DNA of 64,000 nucleotides, taken from contig JAXGNR010000006.1 in NCBI GenBank assembly GCA_040767965.1, positions 1-64,000 on the forward strand, given 5' to 3'. This stretch comes from Atribacterota bacterium. Its GTDB lineage: Bacteria; Atribacterota; Phoenicimicrobiia; Phoenicimicrobiales; Stramentimicrobiaceae. Both the position numbers and the translations under genes were made by a program. The number at the start of each line of letters is the position of its first letter. Position 1 is the first letter of the stretch. The notes beneath the pieces were generated by a model that saw nothing but the letters and a program-made list of their open reading frames with translations, searched no databases and was not told the DNA's origin. Of the stretch, positions 29,283 to 39,697 are shown in pieces.

Positions 29283-30260
29283 TTATAAAACTTCTTCAAT
29301 TATAGTCTTTAAAGATTGTTCTAAATCTTGTATAAATATATCCAACTCTTCACCTATAATAGGTTCGCTAATGATTCCCATGCTTTTCGCAAAATCCTGA
29401 AATTCTTCGTTTAAAATAGCTTTTTGGAATATTTCCCCTAATTTTGTTTTAACTTCTTCATCTAATCCTGCTGGGGCGGCAACAAAAGTTGATTGTACAG
29501 GTTCTCCATATGGAAAAACATTGTAACCTTTTTCTTTAAATGTAGGTACATCCGGGAAAAGATTCGTTCTTTCTTCTCTAAAAGTTGCTAATGGTATTAT
29601 TTCTCCTGACTCGAGCTGACTCCATGTTTCACCTGGTTTTAAAATTTGTGCTGCAATATGTCCACCTAATAAGCTGGCAAGGCATTTACTCCCCCCATCG
29701 AATGGGACATACCTTATTTCACTTTCTACACTTTTAGCCATACCAATTGCATCCATATGAGAAGTAGTTCCACTTCCAGAAGCACCAACTGTAAGAACTC
29801 CTGGGTTATTCTTAATATCTTCCATAAAATCTTCTATGTTTTTGTATTTTGAATCTGCCCTAACTGTAAGTAAATAAAAATCCTCAGACATTCTCGCTAT
29901 ATTGGTAAATTTATCAGTTCCCCAAGGAACCATTTTCTGTACTATCATACTTATTAGACTGCTTGAAGCAAGAGATACGGTGTAACCATCTGGTGCAGAT
30001 AATGTCATTTCTGTATTACCAACTACACTGCTAGCTCCTTCCCTATTAACAATTACTGTATCAACACCTTGGCTTTTTAAAATTGGTTGGAGTTTTCTCG
30101 CCATAACATCCGTGGATCCCCCTGGGGACCATGGGACAATAATTGTAATTGGCTTGCTTGGAAAATCACTCGCTATTACATTAAAAGTTGTAATTATACT
30201 TAACAAAAATACTAGACAAAGAAACATTCTTAATAAATAAATTAGATTCTTTTTAAACAT
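29283..30260 (-). CDS. tctC: Tripartite tricarboxylate transporter substrate-binding protein (Bug family)
   Basis: FPSKPITIIVPWSPGGSTD, PDGYT, VPFDGG, PDVPTFKEKG. Confidence 0.93.
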   Translation of the reverse strand: MFKKNLIYLLRMFLCLVFLLSIITTFNVIASDFPSKPITIIVPWSPGGSTDVMARKLQPILKSQGVDTVIVNREGASSVVGNTEMTLSAPDGYTVSLASSSLISMIVQKMVPWGTDKFTNIARMSEDFYLLTVRADSKYKNIEDFMEDIKNNPGVLTVGASGSGTTSHMDAIGMAKSVESEIRYVPFDGGSKCLASLLGGHIAAQILKPGETWSQLESGEIIPLATFREERTNLFPDVPTFKEKGYNVFPYGEPVQSTFVAAPAGLDEEVKTKLGEIFQKAILNEEFQDFAKSMGIISEPIIGEELDIFIQDLEQSLKTIIEEVL

Positions 30261-30555
30261 ATTATACCTCCATATTAAATACTATTTTTCAATTTTTTAT
30301 AAAAAACTGAAAAAGTTGAATTAGCTTCTATATTATAAACTTTTCACCTCCCTTTCTTTTGTTTTCCATTTAGAAGTGATTAATAATTAAAACATTTATT
30401 TTATTAAATTTAAATTTGAAGTATTACTTATTTTATTAAATTAATTTAAGATAATTAACATTGTTATTTAAAAAAATTTGTAACTGATGCTCAAAATTTT
30501 TAATACAAACAATAATTATGTAAATTAAATTATCGCAAAAAGATGTAATTTATTT

Positions 30556-31245
30556 TTAAAGAGTATATTCTTTTTTACCAGAAACAATCATTTTTTCTAT
30601 AAGCTCTAAAATTGCTTTTTTAAAATTGTTAAGATGACTATGCATTGCTACATTTGCTTCACTAGGCTTTTTACTTAATAATCCATCAAAGATTTGAATA
30701 ACTTCTTCTCTGCTAAGTTCAATTCTTCTTTTTGTAAAATGTGCGGTTAAAAGGCGAGCTCGGTCAATCTTGTTTCTATATGATTCAATGATAATTGATA
30801 TCTCTTTGTTTCCACACAAATCCCATATTGTTTTATGAAGTATAAGATCAATCTCATATAACAAAGAAATTTTCTCTCTTTTTTCACCTTTAAAATTATC
30901 AAGTTTGTTGTAGCATTTTTTTAATAAAGACATTTCGCTTGATATTGGATTAATATTCATAGCTGCTTTTTCAGTGGCATAAGGTTCTAAAAGTAATCTT
31001 ATTTCACATATATTTTAATATCCTCATAAGAAATAGGTTTTACAAAAGTTCCTATTTGTGGCTTAACAACTATAAGATTTTCACTTTCAAGTTTAGAAAT
31101 TGCATGTTTAATTGGTGCTCCTGCTTACATTAAATTTTTTTGGAAATAATTGTTTCTGATAATTTTTCACCAGGCATAATCTTTAATGTTATTATTTCTT
31201 TTAAAAGCTTTTAAAGATATCATCAGCAATTGTATTTCTGCTCAT
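30556..31245 (-). pseudogene. GntR family regulator (HTH + FCD) with several frameshifts
   Basis: MSRNTIADDIF at 31245, then MPGEKLSE...FNVSR, PIKHAISKLESENLIVVKPQIGTFV in shifting frames; ORF 30556..30960 is the FCD domain (LH...CGN...MHSHL). Confidence 0.85.
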
Positions 31246-31279
31246 TATTAAACACCAACAAAATATTTATTCTGATATA

Positions 31280-31305
31280 ATTCTAATATACTAGTATATT
31301 AGAAT
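31280..31305. promoter_or_regulatory. Perfect 26-bp palindrome, candidate GntR autoregulatory operator
   Basis: ATTCTAATATACT/AGTATATTAGAAT, abutting the -10 box of the gntR promoter. Confidence 0.75.
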
Positions 31306-31332
31306 ACTACTTTATTTTCATTCTGTTGTCAA
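31304..31332 (-). promoter_or_regulatory. Sigma70-type promoter of gntR
   Basis: TTGACA-17 nt-TAGTAT on minus strand. Confidence 0.6.
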
Positions 31333-31654
31333 TAATCCTAATAGCCTAGTAAAGAATTTATTGAAAAATACAATACTTTTAACCTCTATATAAGATTGAT
31401 TTTTATTGCAAAATAACCTTAAAATTACTTGCAAATGTCAATAAATACCATTCCCTATTAATTCAAAAAGATTAAAAAATGTATTAATAAATGGATTTAA
31501 AAAGGGAGTGAATATTTAGCTATGATAAAAAATATACTCTATAAAAATAAAAAAACTATTTCAAGAAAGTAAATTTTATTTATTTAAATAATTTACTGTT
31601 AGAAATACATATAGTAGATAGAAGTTATATTACTATAATTAGAATTAATAACCT

Positions 31655-32595
31655 TTATTCTATTTCAAAATAAAAATCAATCCTAGCTTTCTTCCGGCAT
31701 TCTTCGCTATTACAGTAGCTGAATTCCAGTTGGATCATTGGATGCAAAATATTAAATTCTTTCTCTAAAGTATTGTTAATTTTCTCTGATTTTTCAGCTT
31801 CACTTATTTTCATATCTTCTTTCAGCTTAATATGGCCTCAAAAAGAATTTTATCTTCATTTATCTGCCATATATGAATATGATGAAGATTATTTACATTT
31901 GGGATTAGTTCAATTTCGTTTTTTATTTTATTAATATCAATTTCTATTGGTACCCGTTCCATTAAAATCATAACACTTTGTTTTAATACCTCGATATCCT
32001 TACATAGAATATAAGATCCTATTATCACAGTTAAAATGGCATCAATGTAATATATTTTATAAAAATAGATTAAAATACCAGCAATTACAATTGTTAATGA
32101 ACTCAGGGTATCACTTAATAAATGTAAGTAAGCTGACCGAATATTTAAACTGTGCTGTGACTCAGGATGGAGGAGAAAAACACAAATCAAATCAGCAATC
32201 AACCCAAAAAAACCAACTCCGATCATTAAAGAAATGCTAATCTGCTGTGGATTCATTAAACGGAAATAAGACTCCCTGAAAAGAAAAAAAGCTATCACTA
32301 TAATGACAGAAGAATTAAATAAAGCAGCCAGTATCTCGGCTCTCTTATAGCCAAATGTCATTTTTAAATCAGGAGAACGCATACCAATTTTTCGTGCCAG
32401 ATAACTGATAAAAATAGCCATCCCATCACTAAAATTATGAAAAGCATCCGCGATTAAAGATAGACTACCGGCTAATATCCCTCCGATTATTTCCACTATA
32501 CAGATTAAAAAATTTAGAATAATGGCAAAAAATATTCTTCTATTATTAGAGTTATGCTGATGAATGTGATTATGCATTTCTTTTTCCTCAAGCAT
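31655..32595 (-). CDS. czcD: Cation diffusion facilitator (CzcD/ZitB-like), one frameshift near 31836
   Basis: His-rich N-term, DAFHNFSD, TFGYKRAEIL, LHLLSD, HHIHIW; shifted frame continues HIKLKEDMKISEAE...ILHPMIQLE to TAA at 31655. Confidence 0.88.
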
Positions 32596-32666
32596 TTTAG
32601 AAATTATTTAGCCGATAGCGCTTTCTTTATTTTTGTTCCAGTTAAAACCTTCTTAAATTATAATAA

Positions 32667-33644
32667 TTACTTTTTATTTATTTTTTCTTCACTGCGATCT
32701 GTTGCAACTGGCGGACTCACAGATAATGAAGATATTTCTTCATACATCGTAGGGTTCATTTCTACTTCCAAAGAAGCGAGCACCTGTTCTAACTGATCAA
32801 GATTTCTGGCTCCAATAATTGGAGCAGTAATTACAGGATTATACATTACCCATGCTACTGCCAGAGCAGCAGGATTAATATTTTTTTGCTCAGCATAATC
32901 TGCAAAATTCTCAGCAACTTTGTAATAGACAGAATCAGCATAACGATTAGCATACATTTTGTTTTCATTAATTCTGCCTTTGGCAGCTTCTTTCTCCTTA
33001 TATTTTCCTGTTAACATGCCTGCACCTAAGGGGCTGTAACTAATAACCCCGATATTTTCTTCTTTAGCTAAAGGCAATATCTCAACCTCTACTTGTCTTT
33101 TTATAAGACTATACATAGGTTGAATGCACTCAAAGCGAGCAAGTCCTTTCCTTTCAGAAATTCCCAATGCTTTTGCAATTTGCCAGGCAGACCAGTTGCT
33201 GACACCTAAATAAAGTATTTTGCCCTGTCTTTGTAAATCATCCAGGACAGATAAGGTTTCTTCAATAGCTGTATCTGGATCATAGATATGTAAAAAATAC
33301 AAATCAATATGATCAGTATTCAGTCTTTTTAAACTTTTTTCAATGGATTGTCTAATATGATATCTGGAAAGTCCTTTATCATTGATATTTTCACTCATCG
33401 GGCTTCCTGCTTTAGAAGTTAGCACAATTTCATCCCTGCAATTTGCGATGCACTTTCCCAATATTGTTTCTGATAAACCAAAGCTATACAAATCAGCTGT
33501 ATCAAAAAAATTTATACCAGCTTCACGACACCTGTTAAACATTTTAATTGATGTTTCTTCATCTGCTTCTTTTCCAAAAGTCATTGTTCCGAAACAAAGC
33601 TTAGAAACTTTCAATCCGGTTTTACCTAATATTCTATAATCCAT
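32667..33644 (-). CDS. Aldo/keto reductase
   Basis: LGKTGLKVSKLCFGTMTFG, FFDTADLY, SLKRLNTDHIDLY, GVSNW, YSPLGAGMLTGKY. Confidence 0.95.
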   Translation of the reverse strand: MDYRILGKTGLKVSKLCFGTMTFGKEADEETSIKMFNRCREAGINFFDTADLYSFGLSETILGKCIANCRDEIVLTSKAGSPMSENINDKGLSRYHIRQSIEKSLKRLNTDHIDLYFLHIYDPDTAIEETLSVLDDLQRQGKILYLGVSNWSAWQIAKALGISERKGLARFECIQPMYSLIKRQVEVEILPLAKEENIGVISYSPLGAGMLTGKYKEKEAAKGRINENKMYANRYADSVYYKVAENFADYAEQKNINPAALAVAWVMYNPVITAPIIGARNLDQLEQVLASLEVEMNPTMYEEISSLSVSPPVATDRSEEKINKK

Positions 33645-34123
33645 TTTCTAAATACCTCCTGAATGATATTAATTGTTTACGAATATAAGCAATACAATAA
33701 GTATTTTTATATATAATCTATAGGTAATCCTATACTTAAGTTGCACTTAGAATCTTAAAAAACTGTTGATAAATAAGTATATTCAAAGGATAAAAATAGC
33801 TGCTTATTGCAGCATATATTTTAGTAAACACTTAAGAAATATTTTTCTGTTTCTATTTAATGTAAACAATAACACGATGAACCTAAAAAGCTTATTAAAT
33901 AAGACATATTGTCTTTTTAGAATTAAATTTAAATGTTTTAAAGATTGCTAAATTAATAAATTTATATTTCAAAGATCAAATTTAGTGCAACTATGGTTAT
34001 GCATTACCTAATCTAATTATTATAATAGCAGGAAATTATCATTTTTTGTCTTTAGATTTTATAAAAATATTTTTCATAAAATAAATTTCTCTCTTAGTGT
34101 AGAAACTTTTTCTGATAAAAATT

Positions 34124-34613
34124 TTACCTCAACATAACATCCAGTATAGCCTGATCTGTAACAACCATTCCGGGATCACAGATATCACCTAAATTGTTAA
34201 ATAATTGTTTAAAATCAGGGCTGACTATTCCATCATTTTTATTAATAATTGCACCATGATAAGATAACAGCGCACTTTGTACTGCCCACCCGGCTGACAT
34301 GGCTAGCTTATAGGAACATCCCTCTTTGGCCCCATCGCAAATAATCCCTGAAACTGAACCAACCATATTGTAAAGAGAACCTAATATTTTATCTATTTTT
34401 CCACCTAAGAGATATACTACTCCTGCGCTTGCTCCGGTTCCTGCTGCTACCCCGCAACCACACATAGCAGATAGAGGTTTAGTATAGGATTTTATAAAAA
34501 ATGTAATAAGATTAGTTAATGCTAATGCTCTTAATAATTTTTCTAAAGAAATATGTTGCAGGCGATATCCCCTCTTTTAAAAGAGCAAGTAATATTTCTT
34601 CATTTTTTATCAT
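34124..34613 (-). pseudogene. YhaM/CdsB-like L-cysteine desulfidase (serine dehydratase alpha-like) with large internal deletion
   Basis: RBS AGGAG + MIKNEEILLALLKEGISPAT (family N-terminus, normally followed by GCTEP) joined out of frame to LLRALAL...LSAMCGC...GIICDGAKEGCSYK (C-terminus). Confidence 0.8.
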
Positions 34614-34875
34614 TACAAATCTCCTGTTAAGTTTTGTTTATGAGAAAAAATCTCTCTTGTCTTTATTGAATATAAATTATTATACATCTATAAAAATGTA
34701 GATAACAACTTCTAAAAAAATTTCTTTAAGGGCAAATTATTAAATTTATTTTGTGGAAATATTTCCTGAAGTAACAATAAATTTGGAATTCCTTCATAAA
34801 TTAGATAAAAATGCTTGCAAATATTTTTTTTCCTAGTATTCTATTGAAGTATATGCATAAAACAAGGAAAAAATA

Positions 34876-36066
34876 ATGTTTCGACGAAAAAAAGATTTTC
34901 AACTAAAAATGATTTTACTAGGGCATTCCTATAATGATATTTACCTTTTTATAATTCCATTACTGCTTCCTTTTTTTCGTATGGAATTTTCTTTCAGCTA
35001 TTTTCAATCAGGGATTATCATGGCTATCCATGTTGCTCTTCGTTCAATTTTCTCTCTTATCTTTGGGTTTATAGGAGATAAATACAATCACAAAAGTATT
35101 TTTATTGCTACAGGGTTTGTGGTATCTTCAATTCTTTTAGGGGTGATTGTCTTAATAAACAGATTTTCATTGATAATAACTATCCTTTTGCTTATGGCAA
35201 TTAGTGTTTCCACTTTTCATCCTTTAGCAACGGCTATATTGGGAGAAAAAACAAAACCCGGAAAACAGGGCAGGAATTTTAGCTTGTTTAATGCGGCAGG
35301 AACTTTCGGTCTGGTAATAATGAGCTTATTATTTGGCTGGCTTGTCCAATTCTGGGGATGGAAAATCGCCTGTTTGATTATCTCGATACCGGGCTTTTTA
35401 CTGTCCTGGTTTTATTTTAAAGTAAAAAAAGAACCTGGAAAAAAAATTATTGCAGCAGAAAAAACTGATTTCACCAACAAAATCATGTATGCAAATTATT
35501 TTATAAGTCATGGCTTATGCAGTTTAGGTACCTGGGCTATATTATCTTTTCTTCCTATTTATGCAACAGAATATATAGGTATTAACCCTAATATATCAGC
35601 CTGGTTTTTAACTTTGTTTTGCCTGTTTGAACTTTCAGGAAGCTTGTTAATGAGCAAGATACTTGACAGAAATCAGCCTTTAAAATTTATTATATTTGCT
35701 ACAATTACAATTTCTTTCTTACTGCTTGCGCTCACCTGGGTAACTGTACCGGTAATTTTAATTTTAATTGTTGCTGGCTTGGGTTTAATGCAATCTTTTT
35801 ATTATCCATCACAACACACCTGGATAACCATGGCTACTCCCAACCATATTCACGGAAAAGTTTTTGGTTTCATATTTTTTGTGGAAGGCTTGTCAGCTAC
35901 CATTGCACCTTTTCTATATGGATTAATAGCAGACAATTTTGGTATTGTCTTTGCTTACCGAATGGCTGCTGTACCTTTTTTTGCAGGTTTCCTGCTCTAT
36001 TTATATTTACACACTTCTACAGAGAATGCCCAATCAACAAAAGTCAATACTGTACCAATCCAATAA
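34876..36066 (+). CDS. MFS transporter (Fsr-like)
   Basis: GHSYND, FGFIGDK, STFHP, about 12 TM helices. Confidence 0.88.
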   Translation: MFRRKKDFQLKMILLGHSYNDIYLFIIPLLLPFFRMEFSFSYFQSGIIMAIHVALRSIFSLIFGFIGDKYNHKSIFIATGFVVSSILLGVIVLINRFSLIITILLLMAISVSTFHPLATAILGEKTKPGKQGRNFSLFNAAGTFGLVIMSLLFGWLVQFWGWKIACLIISIPGFLLSWFYFKVKKEPGKKIIAAEKTDFTNKIMYANYFISHGLCSLGTWAILSFLPIYATEYIGINPNISAWFLTLFCLFELSGSLLMSKILDRNQPLKFIIFATITISFLLLALTWVTVPVILILIVAGLGLMQSFYYPSQHTWITMATPNHIHGKVFGFIFFVEGLSATIAPFLYGLIADNFGIVFAYRMAAVPFFAGFLLYLYLHTSTENAQSTKVNTVPIQ

Positions 36067-36217
36067 TTTTTTATTTCCTTATCCTCTATCCTCTGCTAAA
36101 TAAATTATGTTTACTTGAAAAAGTATTGATACTTTTAATTGGAATTAATTTTTACCACTTCTTGGCATAAATATGACATTTTGCTATACTTTAATAAAAA
36201 GAAAAGGAGTATTTTTT

Positions 36218-36541
36218 ATGATAAATGTATTAAAAGATATACCTTATAAAGACGAAGGCATGGGGAATAGAAAAGTAACTGATGAAAAATACGTACAAAT
36301 TATGCAAATTGCTTTAAAGCCAAATCAGAATGTGCCTCAACATAAAGCAAACTCCAATGTTAATTTGCTTGTTTTAAAAGGAATTATTTCAATAAACCTT
36401 GATGGAATAGATCATCATATTGAAAAAGGAGATTTACTTCCTGTAAAATTTCAGACAACTATGAATATAAAGAATACCGGACAGGAAGACGCCACTTTTC
36501 TGGTAATAAAAACTCCCAATCCATCTGAAATGATTAAATAA
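36218..36541 (+). CDS. Cupin domain protein
   Basis: LKPNQNVPQH, LLVLKG, IEKGDLL; AAGGAG RBS before ATG 36218. Confidence 0.8.
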   Translation: MINVLKDIPYKDEGMGNRKVTDEKYVQIMQIALKPNQNVPQHKANSNVNLLVLKGIISINLDGIDHHIEKGDLLPVKFQTTMNIKNTGQEDATFLVIKTPNPSEMIK

Positions 36542-36581
36542 TCTCTGATTAATTAAAAATTTATGGTAATTCTATCCAACA

Positions 36582-37712
36582 ATGGAGGATTTTAATTTGA
36601 AAATAACTGATATTAAAATGCATATCCTTTCTGTTCCCTTAACAAAGCCCCAAAACCTTTCATTTGCAAAAATGCAATCTCGCAATACTCTTATAATCGA
36701 AGTAATAACCAATAAAAATATAATCGGGATAGGAGAATCCTGGATTAATTTTCCACCATGGGGAGGAGTTGAAAGAAAAGCAACTTTGGAGCAGGGCTTA
36801 TTTCCTCTACTTATCGGGGAAAATCCTTTAGAGATCAATCATATTCACCAAAACTTATTGAACAAACTAACAGGAGTAGGCAGACAATGGGGAGCATTGG
36901 GAATAATATACCAGGCAATAAGTGCAATTGATATTGCTCTTTGGGATATTTTGGGAAAAGAAACAAACTCTCCTATCTATAAAATTCTTGGAGGTGGCTC
37001 TGCCAAACCTGTGCCCATTTATGCAAGTGGAATTGAAACTTCAATGGGAGAAGAGATAATTTTAAAATGGCTAAAAAGAGGAGTGAAAGCCTTTAAGGTA
37101 AAAGTAGGAATAAAAAGCGCAAAAGAAGAAATTCATTATTTACAAAAAATAAGAGAAATAATTCCAAATGATTCAAAGTTAATGATTGATGCTAATCAAG
37201 GCTGGGATTTTAAAAAAGCATTGGATTTTCTAAAAAAAGCCAAAGATCTTAATCTTTTTTGGGTAGAAGAACCCCTTCCATGTCATGAATATAATGAAAT
37301 GCATTTAATCCAGAAAAAAACCGGTATTCCTGTTGCAGCTGGTGAAAACCTTTATGGGCATAAGGAATTCAGAGAGCTATTAGAAAAAGACGCGGCAACT
37401 GTTATCCAGCCCGATCTGACTAAGGCGGGTGGAATAACTTCCGCTAAAGAAATTATTACTCTGGCTCGTGCCTGGAATAAAAGTTTTGCTCCACATGTCT
37501 ATGGATCGGCAATAGGTTTGACTGCTGCACTTCACCTTACAAGTGCAATTCCTGGAGGGATAATATTAGAAGTAGACAGCACGGAAAATCCATTACAAAA
37601 AGATCTCCTTGAAGAAACCTTTGAAATAAAAGATGGCTGTATTATTCCTTCTGTAAATGCTGGTTTAGGAATTAATCTTAATTATGATTTTATTGAAAAA
37701 TATTCTGTTTAA
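36582..37712 (+). CDS. Mandelate racemase / muconate lactonizing enzyme family protein
   Basis: SAIDIALWDILGK, KVKVG, MIDANQ, WVEEP, AGEN, QPDLTKAGG, APH; start may be TTG 36597. Confidence 0.92.
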   Translation: MEDFNLKITDIKMHILSVPLTKPQNLSFAKMQSRNTLIIEVITNKNIIGIGESWINFPPWGGVERKATLEQGLFPLLIGENPLEINHIHQNLLNKLTGVGRQWGALGIIYQAISAIDIALWDILGKETNSPIYKILGGGSAKPVPIYASGIETSMGEEIILKWLKRGVKAFKVKVGIKSAKEEIHYLQKIREIIPNDSKLMIDANQGWDFKKALDFLKKAKDLNLFWVEEPLPCHEYNEMHLIQKKTGIPVAAGENLYGHKEFRELLEKDAATVIQPDLTKAGGITSAKEIITLARAWNKSFAPHVYGSAIGLTAALHLTSAIPGGIILEVDSTENPLQKDLLEETFEIKDGCIIPSVNAGLGINLNYDFIEKYSV

Positions 37713-37762
37713 ATTAGTTGATATTTGATAAATCTGAAAAGAATTGAACAATTTTGATATAA

Positions 37763-37792
37763 AAGGCTCACCCATATTAAAAGGTGAGCCTT
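37763..37792. terminator. Bidirectional terminator
   Basis: AAGGCTCACC / GGTGAGCCTT between convergent genes. Confidence 0.7.
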
Positions 37793-37927
37793 AAAAAGAG
37801 ATTTTAGTATATTATTTTTGTATGGGGTTGCCTGTTAACTCTTATTTTAACATATCAGAACAAAAAAACAATTGGAATTTTATTGAGAAACATTTTGCCT
37901 TAAAGGCAAACACTTTTCCAAACCTGA

Positions 37928-38602
37928 TTATACGTAATCATCTGAAGAAAAATTCAAAATGGCTATGGCCCGGCAAGGGGAACCATCTCTTCCTTGTAAC
38001 TTTAATGGTAAGGCGCTAACCCAGAAATCTTCTTTTTCGGGGAGAAGATGTAAGTTTTTTAAATTTTCCACGATAGGTATTCCTGCCCCCAATAATTGTT
38101 GATGCCTGGGATTACTTTTATCCTTATAAAGATCAACAGCAGTGGCATCAGTCATAAAAGATTTGACATTTTTACTAATCAACCAATCCACAAGCTCTTT
38201 AGAAGGGCTGGGGAATATTTCATTATACTGTTTGGTCTCTGCATATTTCCAGATACCGGTTTCCATTATAAAAATATGGTTTTCTTTCATTTCAAACCCA
38301 GAAGAAATTACCTCTTCTAAAGTGATTTCCTGACCATATAGTTTTTTGTTATATCTAAAGATGCAAGTCTTCCCAAATAATCTATTTAAAGAAACTTCAT
38401 CAATACATTGAACATCATCCAAAAAATGTTTTGGTGCATCAACATGAGTACCGGTATGTGTAAACATACTAAATTTAGTTGCATTTATACCTTCTGAATT
38501 AATTCTTTTTATCCATTGGAAGACAGGTCTTTCATTTCCTGGAAAAACCAGCATATCGCTTTTGAAAGTATAGCTTAAATCTATAATTTTTACTTTTTCC
38601 AT
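37928..38602 (-). CDS. Cyclase / kynurenine formamidase family protein
   Basis: IIDLS, HTGTHVDAPKH, GIPIVENL, DGSPCRAIA. Confidence 0.92.
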   Translation of the reverse strand: MEKVKIIDLSYTFKSDMLVFPGNERPVFQWIKRINSEGINATKFSMFTHTGTHVDAPKHFLDDVQCIDEVSLNRLFGKTCIFRYNKKLYGQEITLEEVISSGFEMKENHIFIMETGIWKYAETKQYNEIFPSPSKELVDWLISKNVKSFMTDATAVDLYKDKSNPRHQQLLGAGIPIVENLKNLHLLPEKEDFWVSALPLKLQGRDGSPCRAIAILNFSSDDYV

Positions 38603-38654
38603 TTTATCCTCCTATTTTTCAACTATAAATAATATTGTCTTCTACTTAAAATTA

Positions 38655-39668
38655 TTATTCTATATAAAAATTCTTTTCAAATTCGTAATGAATTTGTTTG
38701 ATAGAAAAACCTGCAGACAATAATACCAAAAGTTTTATTCTGGCTTTTTGAGATGAGAGATCCTCTCCAAAGATAACACCTAATTTGCGCAGATGTGTTT
38801 CGCTTCCGATAAATCCATAGGTATTAGTCATAAATCTACCTATGGAAACCCTGGATGTAAGCACAACCGGTATTGAGGCTTCGATTGCCTCTTTTATGCC
38901 CGGGATCATATTTTCTGGTATATGCCCTGCCCCTAATCCCTGTAAAATAATACCATCTGCTCCTTCTTTAATGCTGTTTCGGAGCATACTTGAATCTGCC
39001 CCCAAATAACTTGGAATTATATCTACTTTGTTTCTTTTAAAATAATTAAAATTGTAATTATCATGAATTAAAGGAGTTCTGTGCCATAGGACATGGTTGT
39101 TGTCAACAGTACCAATTGGTCCATATTCTATACTTTTGAAAGTATCTACTCTTGTACGATGTATTTTAGTGGCCTCTCGAGCAGTTAAAATTTCTGAAGA
39201 AAATACAATTAAAACTCCCTTTTCTGATGCATAATCATCGGCTGCTGTCAGAACAGAATCTACAATATTCAGCTGAACATCAGAGCTTATAGCAGAAAGG
39301 TTTCTTTGAGCCCCTGTTAAAATTACTGGAATTTTTAATTTTACGGTTAAATCTAAAAAATAAGCAGTTTCTTCCAAAGTATCTGTACCATGGGTTATAA
39401 CTATACCAGCATAATCTGAATTACTCAGCTTAATTACTTGGTTCTTTAATTCAGTTAAATTTTCTAAAGTCATGTGTGCACTTGGAATATTTTTAAATTC
39501 AATACCTTCCAGAAGGATATCTTTTCTGAAAGAACTGATTAATCCAATTAAACCATCAGCTCCGACTGCTGGTACCGCAACTCCATTTTTATTTTGCATG
39601 GCAATGGTTCCGCCAGTTGAAAGCAAAGCAATCTTTTTCAATTTTATTCCCCTTTCCTGGGTATTCAT
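38655..39668 (-). CDS. Asparaginase / glutaminase family amidohydrolase
   Basis: STGGTIAM, ITHGTDTLEETAYFL, LTGAQR, GLGAGH, SSQKARI; start may be TTG 39641. Confidence 0.93.
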   Translation of the reverse strand: MNTQERGIKLKKIALLSTGGTIAMQNKNGVAVPAVGADGLIGLISSFRKDILLEGIEFKNIPSAHMTLENLTELKNQVIKLSNSDYAGIVITHGTDTLEETAYFLDLTVKLKIPVILTGAQRNLSAISSDVQLNIVDSVLTAADDYASEKGVLIVFSSEILTAREATKIHRTRVDTFKSIEYGPIGTVDNNHVLWHRTPLIHDNYNFNYFKRNKVDIIPSYLGADSSMLRNSIKEGADGIILQGLGAGHIPENMIPGIKEAIEASIPVVLTSRVSIGRFMTNTYGFIGSETHLRKLGVIFGEDLSSQKARIKLLVLLSAGFSIKQIHYEFEKNFYIE

Positions 39669-39697
39669 GTTTTGTATTCGAACAATATTATTTAAAA

